A stretch of 64,000 nucleotides of DNA from Eledone cirrhosa (taxonomy: Eukaryota), in the NCBI GenBank assembly GCA_964016885.1, contig OZ024744.1, positions 87,606,001-87,670,000 on the forward strand. The letters run 5' to 3'. The first letter of the stretch is position 1, and every line of letters begins with the position of its first letter. Below, in pieces: positions 51,301 to 64,000 of the stretch. Below the pieces are notes generated by a model, which searched no databases, had not been told where the DNA came from, and saw nothing but the letters and a program-made list of their open reading frames with translations. Made by a program: the position numbers and the translations under genes.

Positions 51301-54300
51301 ATCTATTGTTGTTGTTACCATCTCTCCCTTCAACAGTTGGTACCAACAGTGACACCAAAGTGTCTCTATCTCCCTTGTTCCTATCTATTGTTGTTGTTAC
51401 CATCTCTCCCTTCAACAGTTGGTACCAACAGTGACACCAAAGTGTCTCTATCTCCCTTGTTCCTATCTATTGTTGTTGTTGTTACCATCTCTCCCTTCAA
51501 CAGTTGGTACCAACAGTGACACCAAAGTGTCTCTATCTCCCTTGTACCTATCTATTGTTGTTGTTACCATCTCTCCCTTCAACAGTTGGTACCAACAGTG
51601 ACACCAAAGTGTCTCTATATCCCTTGTTCCTATCTATTGTTGTTGTTGTTACTATCTCTCCCTTCCAACAGTAGGTACCAACAGTGACACCAAAGTGTCT
51701 CTATCTCCCTTGTTCCTATCTATTGTTGTTGTTGTTACCATCTCTCCCTTCAACAGTTGGTACCAACAGTGACACCAAAGTGTCTCTATCTCCCTTGTTC
51801 CTATCTATTGTTGTTGTTGTTACCATCTCTCCCTTCAACAGTTGGTACCAACAGTGACACCAAAGTGTCTCTATCTCCCTTGTTCCTATCTATTGTTGTT
51901 GTTGTTACCATCTCTCCCTTCAACAGTTGGTACCAACAGTGACACCAAAGTGTCTCTATCTCCCTTGTTCCTATCTATTGTTGTTGTTGTTACCATCTCT
52001 CCCTTCAACAGTTGGTACCAACAGTGACACCAAAGTGTCTCTATCTCCCTTGTTCCTATCTATTGTTGTTGTTACCATCTCTCCCTTCAACAGTTGGTAC
52101 CAACAGTGACACCAAAGTGTCTCTATCTCCCTTGTTCCTATCTATTGTTGTTGTTGTTACCTATCTCTCCCTTCAACAGTTGGTACCAACAGTGACACCA
52201 AAGTGTCTCTATATCCCTTGTTCCTATCTATTGTTGTTGTTGTTACCATCTCTCCCTTCAACAGTTGGTACCAACAGTGACACCAAAGTGTCTCTATCTC
52301 CCTTGTTCCTATCTATTGTTGTTGTTACCATCTCTCGCTTCCAACAGTAGGTACCAACAGTGACACCAAAGTGTCTCTATCTCCCTTGTTCCCTATCTAT
52401 TGTTGTTGTTGTTACCATCTCTCCCTTCAACAGTAGGTACCAACAGTGACACCAAAGTGTCTCTATCTCCCTTGTTCCTATCTATTGTTGTTGTTGTTAC
52501 CATCTCTCCCTTCAACAGTTGGTACCAACAGTGACACCAAAGTGTCTCTATCTCCCTTGTTCCTATCTATTGTTGTTGTTGTTACCATCTCTCCCTTCAA
52601 CAGTTGGTACCAACAGTGACAACAAAGTGTCTCTATCTCCCTTGTTCCTATCTATTGTTGTTGTTGTTACTATCTCTCCCTTCAACAGTCGGTACCAACA
52701 GTGACACCAAAGTGTCTCTATCTCCCTTGTTCCTATCTATTGTTGTTGTTACCATCTCTCCCTTCAACAGTAGGTACCAACAGTGACACCAAAGTGTCTC
52801 TATCTCCCTTGTTCCTATCTATTGTTGTTGTTACCATCTCTCCCTTCAACAGTTGGTACCAACAGTGACACCAAAGTGTCTATATCTCCCTTGTTCCTAT
52901 CTATTGTTGTTGTTACCATCTCTCCCTTCAACAGTAGGTACCAACAGTGACACCAATGTGTCTCTATCTCCCATGTTCCTATCTATTGTTGTTGTTGTTA
53001 CTATCTCTCCCTTCAACAGTCGGTACCAACAGTGACACCAAAGTGTCTCTATCTCCCTTGTTCCTATCTATTGTCGTTGTTACCATCTCTCCCTTCAACA
53101 GTAGGTACCAACAGTGACACCAAAGTGTCTCTATCTCCCTTGTTCTTATCTATTGTTGTTGTTACCATCTCTCCCTTCAACAGTTGGTACCAACAGTGAC
53201 ACCAAAGTGTCTCTATCTCCCTTGTTCCTATCTATTGTTGTTGTTACCATCTCTCCCTTCAACAGTTGGTACCAACAGTGACACCAAAGTGTCTCTATCT
53301 CCCTTGTTCCTATCTATTGTTGTTGTTACCATCTCTCCCTTCAACAGTTGGTACCAACAGTGACACCAAAGTGTCTCTATCTCCCTTGTTCCTATCTATT
53401 GTTGTTGTTACCATCTCTCCCTTCAACAGTTGGTACCAACAGTGACACCAAAGTGTCTCTATCTCCCTTGTTCCTATCTATTGTTGTTGTTGTTACCATC
53501 TCTCCCTTCAACAGTTGGTACCAACAGTGACACCAAAGTGTCTCTATCTCCCTTGTTCCTATCTATTGTTGTTGTTACCATCTCTCCCTCCAACAGTTGG
53601 TACCAACAGTGACACCAAAGTGTCTCTATCTCCCTTGTTCCTATCTATTGTTGTTGTTACCATCTCTCCCTTCAACAGTTGGTACCAACAGTGACACCAA
53701 AGTGTCTCTATCTCCCTTGTTCCTATCTATTGTTGTTGTTACCATCTCTCCCTCCAACAGTTGGTACCAACAGTGACACCAAAGTGTCTCTATCTCCCAT
53801 GTTCCTATCTATTGTTGTTGTTGTTACCATCTCTCCCTTCAACAGTAGGTACCAACAGTGATACCAAAGTGTCTCTATCTCCCTTGTTCCTATCTATTGT
53901 TGTTGTTACCATCTCTCCCTTCAACAGTTGGTACCAACAGTGACACCAAAGTGTCTCTATCTCCCTTGTTCCTATCTATTGTTGTTGTTACCATCTCTCC
54001 CTTCAACAGTCGGTACCAACAGTGACACCAAAGTGTCTCTATCTCCCCTTGTTCCTATCTATTGTTGTTGTTGTTACCATCTCTCCCTTCAACAGTTGGT
54101 ACCAACAGTGACACCAAAGTGTCTCTATCTCCCTTGTTCCTATCTATTGTTGTTGTTGTTACCATCTCTCCCTTCAACAGTTGGTACCAACAGTGACACC
54201 AAAGTGTCTCTATCTCCCTTGTTCCTATCTATTGTTGTTGTTACCATCTCTCCCTTCAACAGTTGGTACCAACAGTGACACCAAAGTGTCTCTATCTCCC

Positions 54301-57300
54301 TTGTTCCTATCTATTGTTGTTGTTGTTACTATCTCTCCCTTCAACAGTTGGTACCAACAGTGACACCAAAGTGTCTCTATCTCCCTTGTTCCTATCTATT
54401 GTTGTTGTTGTTACCATCTCTCCCTTCAACAGTTGGTACCAACAGTGACACCAAAGTGTCTCTATCTCCCTTGTTCCTATCTATTGTTGTTGTTGTTACC
54501 ATCTCTCCCTTCAACAGTTGGTACCAACAGTGACACCAAAGTGTCTCTATCTCCCTTGTTCCTATCTATTGTTGTTGTTGTTACCATCTCTCCCTTCAAC
54601 AGTTGGTACCAACAGTGACACCAAAGTGTCTCTATCTCCCTTGTTCCTATCTATTGTTGTTGTTGTTACCATCTCTCCCTTCAACAGTTGGTACCAACAG
54701 TGACACCAAAGTGTCTCTATCTCCCTTGTTCCTATCTATTGTTGTTGTGTTACCATCTCTCCCTTCAACAGTTGGTACCAACAGTGACACCAAAGTGTCT
54801 CTATCTCCCTTGTTCCTATCTATTGTTGTTGTTGTTACCATCTCTCCCTTCCAACAGTTGGTACCAACAGTGACACCAAAGTGTCTCTATCTCCCTTGTT
54901 CCTATCTATTGTTGTTGTTACCATCTCTCCCTTCAACAGTTGGTACCAACAGTGACACCAAAGTGTCTCTATCTCCCTTGTTCCTATCTATTGTTGTTGT
55001 TGTTACCATCTCTCCCTCCAACAGTTGGTACCAACAGTGACACCAAAGTGTCTCTATCTCCCTTGTTCCTATCTATTGTTGTTGTTGTTACCATCTCTCC
55101 CTTCAACAGTTGGTACCAACAGTGACACCAAAGTGTCTCTATCTCCCTTGTTCCTATCTATTGTTGTTGTTGTTACCATCTCTCCCTTCAACAGTTGGTA
55201 CCAACAGTGACACCAAAGTGTCTCTATCTCCCTTGTTCCTATCTATTGTTGTTGTTGTTACCATCTCTCCCTTCAACAGTTGGTACCAACAGTGACACCA
55301 AAGTGTCTCTATCTCCCTTGTTCCTATCTATTGTTGTTGTTGTTACCATCTCTCCCTTCAACAGTTGGTACCAACAGTGACACCAAAGTGTCTCTATCTC
55401 CCTTGTTCCTATCTATTGTTGTTGTTGTTACCATCTCTCCCTTCAACAGTTGGTACCAACAGTGACACCAAAGTGTCTCTATCTCCCTTGTTCCTATCTA
55501 TTGTTGTTGTTGTTACCATCTCTCCCTTCAACAGTTGGTACCAACAGTGACACCAAAGTGTCTCTATCTCCCTTGTTCCTATCTATTGTTGTTGTTGTTA
55601 CCATCTCTCCCTTCAACAGTTGGTACCAACAGTGACACCAAAGTGTCTCTATCTCCCTTGTTCCTATCTATTGTTGTTGTTGTTACCATCTCTCCCTTCA
55701 ACAGTAGGTACCAACAGTGACACCAAAGTGTCTCTATCTCCCTTGTTCCTATCTATTGTTGTTGTTGTTACCATCTCTCCCTTCAACAGTTGGTACCAAC
55801 AGTGACACCAAAGTGTCTCTATCTCCCTTGTTCCTATCTATTGTTGTTGTTACCATCTCTCCCTTCAACAGTTGGTACCAACAGTGACACCAAAGTGTCT
55901 CTATCTCCCATGTTCCTATCTATTGTTGTTGTTACCATCTCTCCCTTCAACAGTAGGTACCAACAGTGACACCAAAGTGTCTCTATCTCCCTTGTTCCTA
56001 TCTATTGTTGTTGTTGTTACCATCTCTCCCTTCAACAGTTGGTACCAACAGTGACACCAAAGTGTCTCTATCTCCCTTGTTCCTATCTATTGTTGTTGTT
56101 ACCATCTCTCCCTTCAACAGTTGGTACCAACAGTGACACCAAAGTGTCTCTATCTCCCTTGTTCCTATCTATTGTTGTTGTTGTTACCATCTCTCCCTTC
56201 AACAGTTGGTACCAACAGTGACACCAAAGTGTCTCTATCTCCCTTGTTCCTATCTATTGTTGTTGTTGTTACCATCTCTCCCTTCAACAGTAGGTACCAA
56301 CAGTGACACCAAAGTGTCTCTATCTCCCTTGTTCCTATCTATTGTTGTTGTTGTTACCATCTCTCCCTTCAACAGTAGGTACCAACAGTGACACCAAAGT
56401 GTCTCTATCTCCCTTGTTCCTATCTATTGTTGTTGTTACCATCTCTCCCTTCAACAGTTGGTACCAACAGTGACACCAAAGTGTCTCTATCTCCCTTGTT
56501 CCTATCTATTGTTGTTGTTACCATCTCTCCCTTCAACAGTTGGTACCAACAGTGACACCAAAGTGTCTCTATCTCCCTTGTTCCTATCTATTGTTGTTGT
56601 TGTTACCATCTCTCCCTTCAACAGTTGGTACCAACAGTGACACCAAAGTGTCTCTATCTCCCTTGTACCTATCTATTGTTGTTGTTACCATCTCTCCCTT
56701 CAACAGTTGGTACCAACAGTGACACCAAAGTGTCTCTATATCCCTTGTTCCTATCTATTGTTGTTGTTGTTACTATCTCTCCCTTCAACAGTTGGTACCA
56801 ACAGTGACACCAAAGTGTCTCTATCTCCCTTGTTCCTATCTATTGTTGTTGTTGTTACCATCTCTCCCTTCAACAGTTGGTACCAACAGTGACACCAAAG
56901 TGTCTCTATCTCCCTTGTTCCTATCTATTGTTGTTGTTGTTACCATCTCTCCCTTCAACAGTTGGTACCAACAGTGACACCAAAGTGTCTCTATCTCCCT
57001 TGTTCCTATCTATTGTTGTTGTTGTTACCATCTCTCCCTTCAACAGTTGGTACCAACAGTGACACCAAAGTGTCTCTATCTCCCTTGTTCCTATCTATTG
57101 TTGTTGTTGTTACCATCTCTCCCTTCAACAGTTGGTACCAACAGTGACACCAAAGTGTCTCTATCTCCCTTGTTCCTATCTATTGTTGTTGTTGTTACCA
57201 TCTCTCCCTTCAACAGTTGGTACCAACAGTGACACCAAAGTGTCTCTATCTCCCTTGTTCCTATCTATTGTTGTTGTTGTTACCATCTCTCCCTTCAACA

Positions 57301-60300
57301 GTTGGTACCAACAGTGACACCAAAGTGTCTCTATCTCCCTTGTTCCTATCTATTGTTTGTTGTTACCATCTCTCCCTTCCAACTGTTGGTACCAACAGTG
57401 ACACCAAAGTGTCTCTATCTCCCTTGTTCCTATCTATTGTTGTTGTTGTTACTATCTCTCCCTTCAACAGTTGGTACCAACAGTGACACCAAAGTGTCTC
57501 TATATCCCTTGTTCCTATCTATTGTTGTTGTTGTTACTATCTCTCCCTTCAACAGTTGGTCACCAACAGTGACACCAAAGTGTCTCTATATCCCTTGTTC
57601 CTATCTATTGTTGTTGTTGTTACTATCTCTCCCTTCAACAGTTGGTACCAACAGTGACACCAAAGTGTCTCTATCTCCCTTGTTCCTATCTATTGTTGTT
57701 GTTGTTACTATCTCTCCCTTCAACAGTTGGTACCAACAGTGACACCAAAGTGTCTCTATATCCCTTGTTCCTATCTATTGTTGTTGTTGTTACTATCTCT
57801 CCCTTCAACAGTTGGTACCAACAGTGACACCAAAGTGTCTCTATCTCCCTTGTTCCTATCTATTGTTGTTGTTGTTACCATCTCTCCCTTCAACAGTTGG
57901 TACCAACAGTGACACCAAAGTGTCTCTATCTCCCTTGTTCCTATCTATTGTTGTTGTTGTTACCATCTCTCCCTTCAACAGTTGGTACCAACAGTGACAC
58001 CAAAGTGTCTCTATATCCCTTGTTCCTATCTATTGTTGTTGTTGTTACCATCTCTCCCTTCAACAGTTGGTACCAACAGTGACACCAAAGTGTCTCTATC
58101 TCCCTTGTTCCTATCTATTGTTGTTGTTGTTACCATCTCTCCCTTCAACAGTTGGTACCAACAGTGACACCAAAGTGTCTCTATCTCCCTTGTTCCTATC
58201 TATTGTTGTTGTTGTTACCATCTCTCCCTTCAACAGTTGGTACCAACAGTGACACCAAAGTGTCTCTATCTCCCTTGTTCCTATCTATTGTTGTTGTTGT
58301 TACCATCTCTCCCTTCAACAGTTGGTACCAACAGTGACAGCAAAGTGTCTCTATCTCCCTTGTTCCTATCTATTGTTGTTGTTGTTACCATCTCTCCCTT
58401 CAACAGTTGGTACCAACAGTGACACCAAAGTGTCTCTATCTCCCTTGTTCCTATCTATTGTTGTTGTTGTTACCATCTCTCCCTTCAACAGTTGGTACCA
58501 ACAGTGACACCAAAGTGTCTCTATCTCCCTTGTTCCTATCTATTGTTGTTGTTACCATCTCTCCCTTCAACAGTTGGTACCAACAGTGACACCAAAGTGT
58601 CTCTATCTCCCTTGTTCCTATCTATTGTTGTTGTTGTTACTATCTCTCCCTTCAACAGTTGGTACCAACAGTGACACCAAAGTGTCTCTATCTCCCTTGT
58701 TCCTATCTATTGTTGTTGTTGTTACCATCTCTCCCTTCAACAGTTGGTACCAACAGTGACACCAAAGTGTCTCTATATCCCTTGTTCCTATCTATTGTTG
58801 TTGTTGTTACCATCTCTCCCTTCAACAGTTGGTACCAACAGTGACACCAAAGTGTCTCTATCTCCCTTGTTCCTATCTATTGTTGTTGTTGTTACTATCT
58901 CTCCCTTCAACAGTTGGTACCAACAGTGACACCAAAGTGTCTCTATATCCCTTGTTCCTATCTATTGTTGTTGTTGTTACCTATCTCTCCCTTCAACAGT
59001 TGGTACCAACAGTGACACCAAAGTGTCTCTATCTCCCTTGTTCCTATCTATTGTTGTTGTTGTTACCATCTCTCCCTTCAACAGTTGGTACCAACAGTGA
59101 CACCAAAGTGTCTCTATATCCCTTGTTCCTATCTATTGTTGTTGTTGTTACTATCTCTCCCTTCAACAGTTGGTACCAACAGTGACACCAAAGTGTCTCT
59201 ATCTCCCTTGTTCCTATCTATTGTTGTTGTTGTTACCATCTCTCCCTTCAACAGTTGGTACCAACAGTGACACCAAAGTGTCTCTATCTCCTTGTTCCTA
59301 TCTATTGTTGTTGTTGTTACCATCTCTCCCTTCAACAGTTGGTACCAACAGTGACACCAAAGTGTCTCTATATCCCTTGTTCCTATCTATTGTTGTTGTT
59401 GTTACCATCTCTCCCTTCAACAGTTGGTACCAACAGTGACACCAAAGTGTCTCTATCTCCCTTGTTCCTATCTATTGTTGTTGTTGTTACCATCTCTCCC
59501 TTCAACAGTTGGTACCAACAGTGACACCAAAGTGTCTCTATCTCCCTTGTTCCTATCTATTGTTGTTGTTGTTACCATCTCTCCCTTCAACAGTTGGTAC
59601 CAACAGTGACACCAAAGTGTCTCTATCTTCCCTTGTTCCTATCTATTGTTGTTGTTGTTACCATCTCTCCCTTCAACAGTTGGTACCAACAGTGACACCA
59701 AAGTGTCTCTATCTCCCTTGTTCCTATCTATTGTTGTTGTTGTTACTATCTCTCCCTTCAACAGTTGGTACCAACAGTGACACCAAAGTGTCTCTATCTC
59801 CCTTGTTCCTATCTATTGTTGTTGTTACCATCTCTCCCTCCAACAGTAGGTACCAACAGTGACACCAAAGTGTCTCTATCTCCCTTGTTCCTATCTATTG
59901 TTGTTGTTGTTACCATCTCTCCCTTCAACAGTTGGTACCAACAGTGACACCAAGTGTCTCTATCTCCCTTGTTCCTATCTATTGTTGTTGTTGTTACTAT
60001 CTCTCCCTTCAACAGTCGGTACCAACAGTGACACCAAAGTGTCTCTATCTCCCTTGTTCCTATCTATTGTTGTTGTTGTTACCATCTCTCCCTTCAACAG
60101 TTGGTACCAACAGTGACACCAAAGTGTCTCTATCTCCCTTGTTCCTATCTATTGTTGTTGTTACCATCTCTCCCTTCAACAGTTGGTACCAACAGTGACA
60201 CCAAAGTGTCTCTATCTCCCCTTGTTCCTATCTATTGTTGTTGTTGTTACCATCTCTCCCTTCAACAGTTGGTACCAACAGTGACACCAAAGTGTCTCTA

Positions 60301-63300
60301 TCTCCCTTGTTCCTATCTATTGTTGTTGTTGTTACCATCTCTCCCTTCAACAGTAGGTACCAACAGTGATACCAAAGTGTCTCTATCTCCCTTGTTCCTA
60401 TCTATTGTTGTTGTTACCATCTCTCCCTTCAACAGTTGGTACCAACAGTGACACCAAAGTGTCTCTATCTCCCTTGTTCCTATCTATTGTTGTTGTTACC
60501 ATCTCTCCCTTCAACAGTCGGTACCAACAGTGACACCAAAGTGTCTCTATCTCCCCTGTTCCTATCTATTGTTGTTGTTGTTACCATCTCTCCCTTCAAC
60601 AGTTGGTACCAACAGTGACACCAAAGTGTCTCTATCTCCCTTGTTCCTATCTATTGTTGTTGTTGTTACCATCTCTCCCTTCAACAGTTGGTACCAACAG
60701 TGACACCAAAGTGTCTCTATCTCCCTTGTTCCTATCCATTGTTTGTTGTTACCATCTCTCCCTTCAACAGTTGGTACCAACAGTGACACCAAAGTGTCTC
60801 TATATCCCTTGTTCCTATCTATTGTTGTTGTTGTTACTATCTCTCCCTTCAACAGTTGGTACCAACAGTGACACCAAAGTGTCTCTATCTCCCTTGTTCC
60901 TATCTATTGTTGTTGTTGTTACCATCTCTCCCTTCAACAGTTGGTACCAACAGTGACACCAAAGTGTCTCTATCTCCCTTGTTCCTATCTATTGTTGTTG
61001 TTGTTACCATCTCTCCCTTCAACAGTTGGTACCAACAGTGACACCAAAGTGTCTCTATCTCCCTTGTTCCTATCTATTGTTGTTGTTGTTACCATCTCTC
61101 CCTTCAACAGTTGGTACCAACAGTGACACCAAAGTGTCTCTATCTCCCTTGTTCCTATCTATTGTTGTTGTTGTTACCATCTCTCCCTTCAACAGTTGGT
61201 ACCAACAGTGACACCAAAGTGTCTCTATCTCCCTTGTTCCTATCTATTGTTGTTGTTACCATCTCTCCCTTCAACAGTTGGTACCAACAGTGACACCAAA
61301 GTGTCTCTATCTCCCTTGTTCCTATCTATTGTTGTTGTTGTTACCATCTCTCCCTCCAACAGTTGGTACCAACAGTGACACCAAAGTGTCTCTATCTCCC
61401 TTGTTCCTATCTATTGTTGTTGTTACCATCTCTCCCTTCAACAGTTGGTACCAACAGTGACACCAAAGTGTCTCTATCTCCCTTGTTCCTATCTGTTGTT
61501 GTTGTTGTTACTATCTCTCCCTCCAACAGTTGGTACCAACAGTGACACCAAAGTGTCTCTATCTCCCTTGTTCCTATCTATTGTTGTTGTTGTTACCATC
61601 TCTCCCTTCAACAGTTGGTACCAACAGTGACACCAAAGTGTCTCTATCTCCCTTGTTCCTATCTATTGTTGTTGTTGTTACCATCTCTCCCTTCAACAGT
61701 TGGTACCAACAGTGACACCAAAGTGTCTCTATCTCCCTTGTTCCTATCTATTGTTGTTGTTGTTACCATCTCTCCCTTCAACAGTTGGTACCAACAGTGA
61801 CACCAAAGTGTCTCTATCTCCCTTGTTCCTATCTATTGTTGTTGTTGTTACCATCTCTCCCTTCAACAGTTGGTACCAACAGTGACACCAAAGTGTCTCT
61901 ATCTCCCTTGTTCCTATCTATTGTTGTTGTTGTTACCATCTCTCCCTTCAACAGTTGGTACCAACAGTGACACCAAAGTGTCTCTATCTCCCTTGTTCCT
62001 ATCTATTGTTGTTGTTGTTACCATCTCTCCCTTCAACAGTTGGTACCAACAGTGACACCAAAGTGTCTCTATCTCCCTTGTTCCTATCTATTGTTGTTGT
62101 TGTTACCATCTCTCCCTTCAACAGTTGGTACCAACAGTGACACCAAAGTGTCTCTATCTCCCTTGTTCCTATCTATTGTTGTTGTTGTTACCATCTCTCC
62201 CTTCAACAGTTGGTACCAACAGTGACACCAAAGTGTCTCTATCTCCCTTGTTCCTATCTATTGTTGTTGTTGTTACCATCTCTCCCTTCAACAGTTGGTA
62301 CCAACAGTGACACCAAAGTGTCTCTATCTCCCTTGTTCCTATCTATTGTTGTTGTTGTTACCATCTCTCCCTTCAACAGTTGGTACCAACAGTGACAGCA
62401 AAGTGTCTCTATCTCCCTTGTTCCTATCTATTGTTGTTGTTACCATCTCTCCCTTCAACAGTAGGTACCAACAGTGACACCAAAGTGTCTCTATCTCCCT
62501 TGTTCCTATCTATTGTTGTTGTTGTTACCATCTCTCCCTTCAACAGTTGGTACCAACAGTGACAGCAAAGTGTCTCTATCTCCCTTGTTCCTATCTATTG
62601 TTGTTGTTACCATCTCTCCCTTCAACAGTTGGTACCAACAGTGACACCAAAGTGTCTCTATCTCCCTTGTTCCTATCTATTGTTGTTGTTGTTACCATCT
62701 CTCCCTTCAACAGTTGGTACCAACAGTGACAGCAAAGTGTCTCTATCTCCCTTGTTCCTATCTATTGTTGTTTGTTACCATCTCTCCCTTCAACAGTTGG
62801 TACCAACAGTGACACCAAAGTGTCTCTATCTCCCTTGTTCCTATCTATTGTTGTTGTTGTTACCATCTCTCCCTTCAACAGTTGGTACCAACAGTGACAC
62901 CAAAGTGTCTCTATCTCCCCTGTTCCTATCTATTGTTGTTGTTGTTACCATCTCTCCCTTCAACAGTTGGTACCAACAGTGACACCAAAGTGTCTCTATC
63001 TCCCTTGTTCCTATCTATTGTTGTTGTTGTTACCATCTCTCCCTTCAACAGTTGGTACCAACAGTGACACCAAAGTGTCTCTATCTCCCTTGTTCCTATC
63101 TATTGTTGTTGTTGTTACCATCTCTCCCTTCAACAGTTGGTACCAACAGTGACACCAAAGTGTCTCTATCTCCCTTGTTCCTATCTATTGTTGTTGTTGT
63201 TACCATCTCTCCCTTCAACAGTTGGTACCAACAGTGACACCAAAGTGTCTCTATCTCCCTTGTTCCTATCCTATTGTTGTTGTTGTTACTATCTCTCCCT

Positions 63301-64000
63301 TCAACAGTTGGTACCAACAGTGACACCAAAGTGTCTCTATCTCCCTTGTTCCTATCTATTGTTGTTGTTACCATCTCTCCCTTCAACAGTTGGTACCAAC
63401 AGTGACACCAAAGTGTCTCTATCTCCCTTGTTCCTATCTATTGTTGTTGTTGTTACCATCTCTCCCTTCAACAGTTGGTACCAACAGTGACACCAAAGTG
63501 TCTCTATCTCCCTTGTTCCTATCTATTGTTGTTGTTGTTACCATCTCTCCCTTCAACAGTTGGTACCAACAGTGACACCAAAGTGTCTCTATCTCCCTTG
63601 TTCCTATCTATTGTTGTTGTTGTTACCATCTCTCCCTTCAACAGTTGGTACCAACAGTGACACCAAAGTGTCTCTATCTCCCTTGTTCCTATCTATTGTT
63701 GTTGTTGTTACCATCTCTCCCTTCAACAGTTGGTACCAACAGTGACACCAAAGTGTCTCTATCTCCCTTGTTCCTATCTATTGTTGTTGTTACTATCTCT
63801 CCCTTCAACAGTTGGTACCAACAGTGACACCAAAGTGTCTCTATCTCCCTTGTTCCTATCTATTGTTGTTGTTGTTACCATCTCTCCCTTCAACAGTTGG
63901 TACCAACAGTGACACCAAAGTGTCTCTATCTCCCTTGTTCCTATCTATTGTTGTTGTTGTTACCATCTCTCCCTTCAACAGTTGGTACCAACAGTGACAC

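Larger units (their letters stand above)
10755..64000. repeat. Satellite DNA array: 85-bp monomer (82-bp variant lacking one TTG), head-to-tail, about 630 copies, runs off the window
   Basis: Consensus TTGGTACCAACAGTGACACCAAAGTGTCTCTATCTCCCTTGTTCCTATCTATTGTTGTTGTTGTTACCATCTCTCCCTTCAACAG (e.g. 38015-38099). ORF starts recur at 85/82-bp steps. Monomers typically differ from consensus at 0-3 positions, have a GGTACC (KpnI) site almost always, and show no inversion or insertion that I could see. Confidence 0.99.

Noticed and set aside
52012-63490. Longer 85-146 aa ORFs in the distal array
   Set aside because: They are created by 1-bp indels that skip the stop frame, and those indels look like consensus artefacts.
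10869-63997. Hundreds of near-identical 60-61 aa ORFs (MVPTVTPKCLYLPCSY...) as a tandem peptide gene family
   Set aside because: The 85-bp period is not a multiple of 3, so each ORF simply walks through the frames of the monomer until the fixed TGA. Nearly all start at TTG, they overlap one another, and a common variant turns the start into TAG.
10755-64000. CRISPR-like array (palindromic repeat at regular spacing)
   Set aside because: There are no unique spacers, since the whole unit is repeated; there are no cas genes and the context is eukaryotic.
10755-64000. Hammerhead-ribozyme satellite, or tRNA/5S/snRNA tandem array
   Set aside because: The consensus has no CTGANGA...GAAA core on either strand, no A/B boxes and no recognisable RNA gene sequence.

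Overview
Eukaryotic, non-genic window with no supportable protein-coding gene. The SINE and LINE remnants resemble those of octopus/cephalopod genomes, but that rests on my recall and is unverified. Layout: (1) 1-3.9 kb is AT-rich interspersed-repeat DNA containing a dead, 5'-truncated RTE-type LINE (3' end with a stem-loop and (TGA)3 tail), (TA)n microsatellites, a decayed tRNA-derived SINE, a GC-rich patch of short hairpins and a probable hAT-type MITE. (2) ~3.96-4.28 kb is an (ATC)n tract. (3) ~4.3-10.7 kb is a degenerate (AAC)n tract with internal block duplications. (4) From ~10,755 to the window end is an uninterrupted head-to-tail satellite of 85-bp monomers (82-bp variant; about 630 copies from length/period). 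Consensus: TTGGTACCAACAGTGACACCAAAGTGTCTCTATCTCCCTTGTTCCTATCTATTGTTGTTGTTGTTACCATCTCTCCCTTCAACAG. The hundreds of 60-61 aa ORFs are artefacts of this repeat. Most notable: the monomer is a fold-back (17-bp imperfect inverted repeat, 16/17 paired as plus-strand RNA through G-U) that competes with two local dyads; short reverse-complement pieces of the monomer occur in the upstream AAC tract; the array has nested higher-order duplications; and beyond ~51.6 kb allele-merging 1-bp indels suggest a collapsed assembly consensus. I found no evidence of a new multi-gene system; the functional ideas below are hypotheses.
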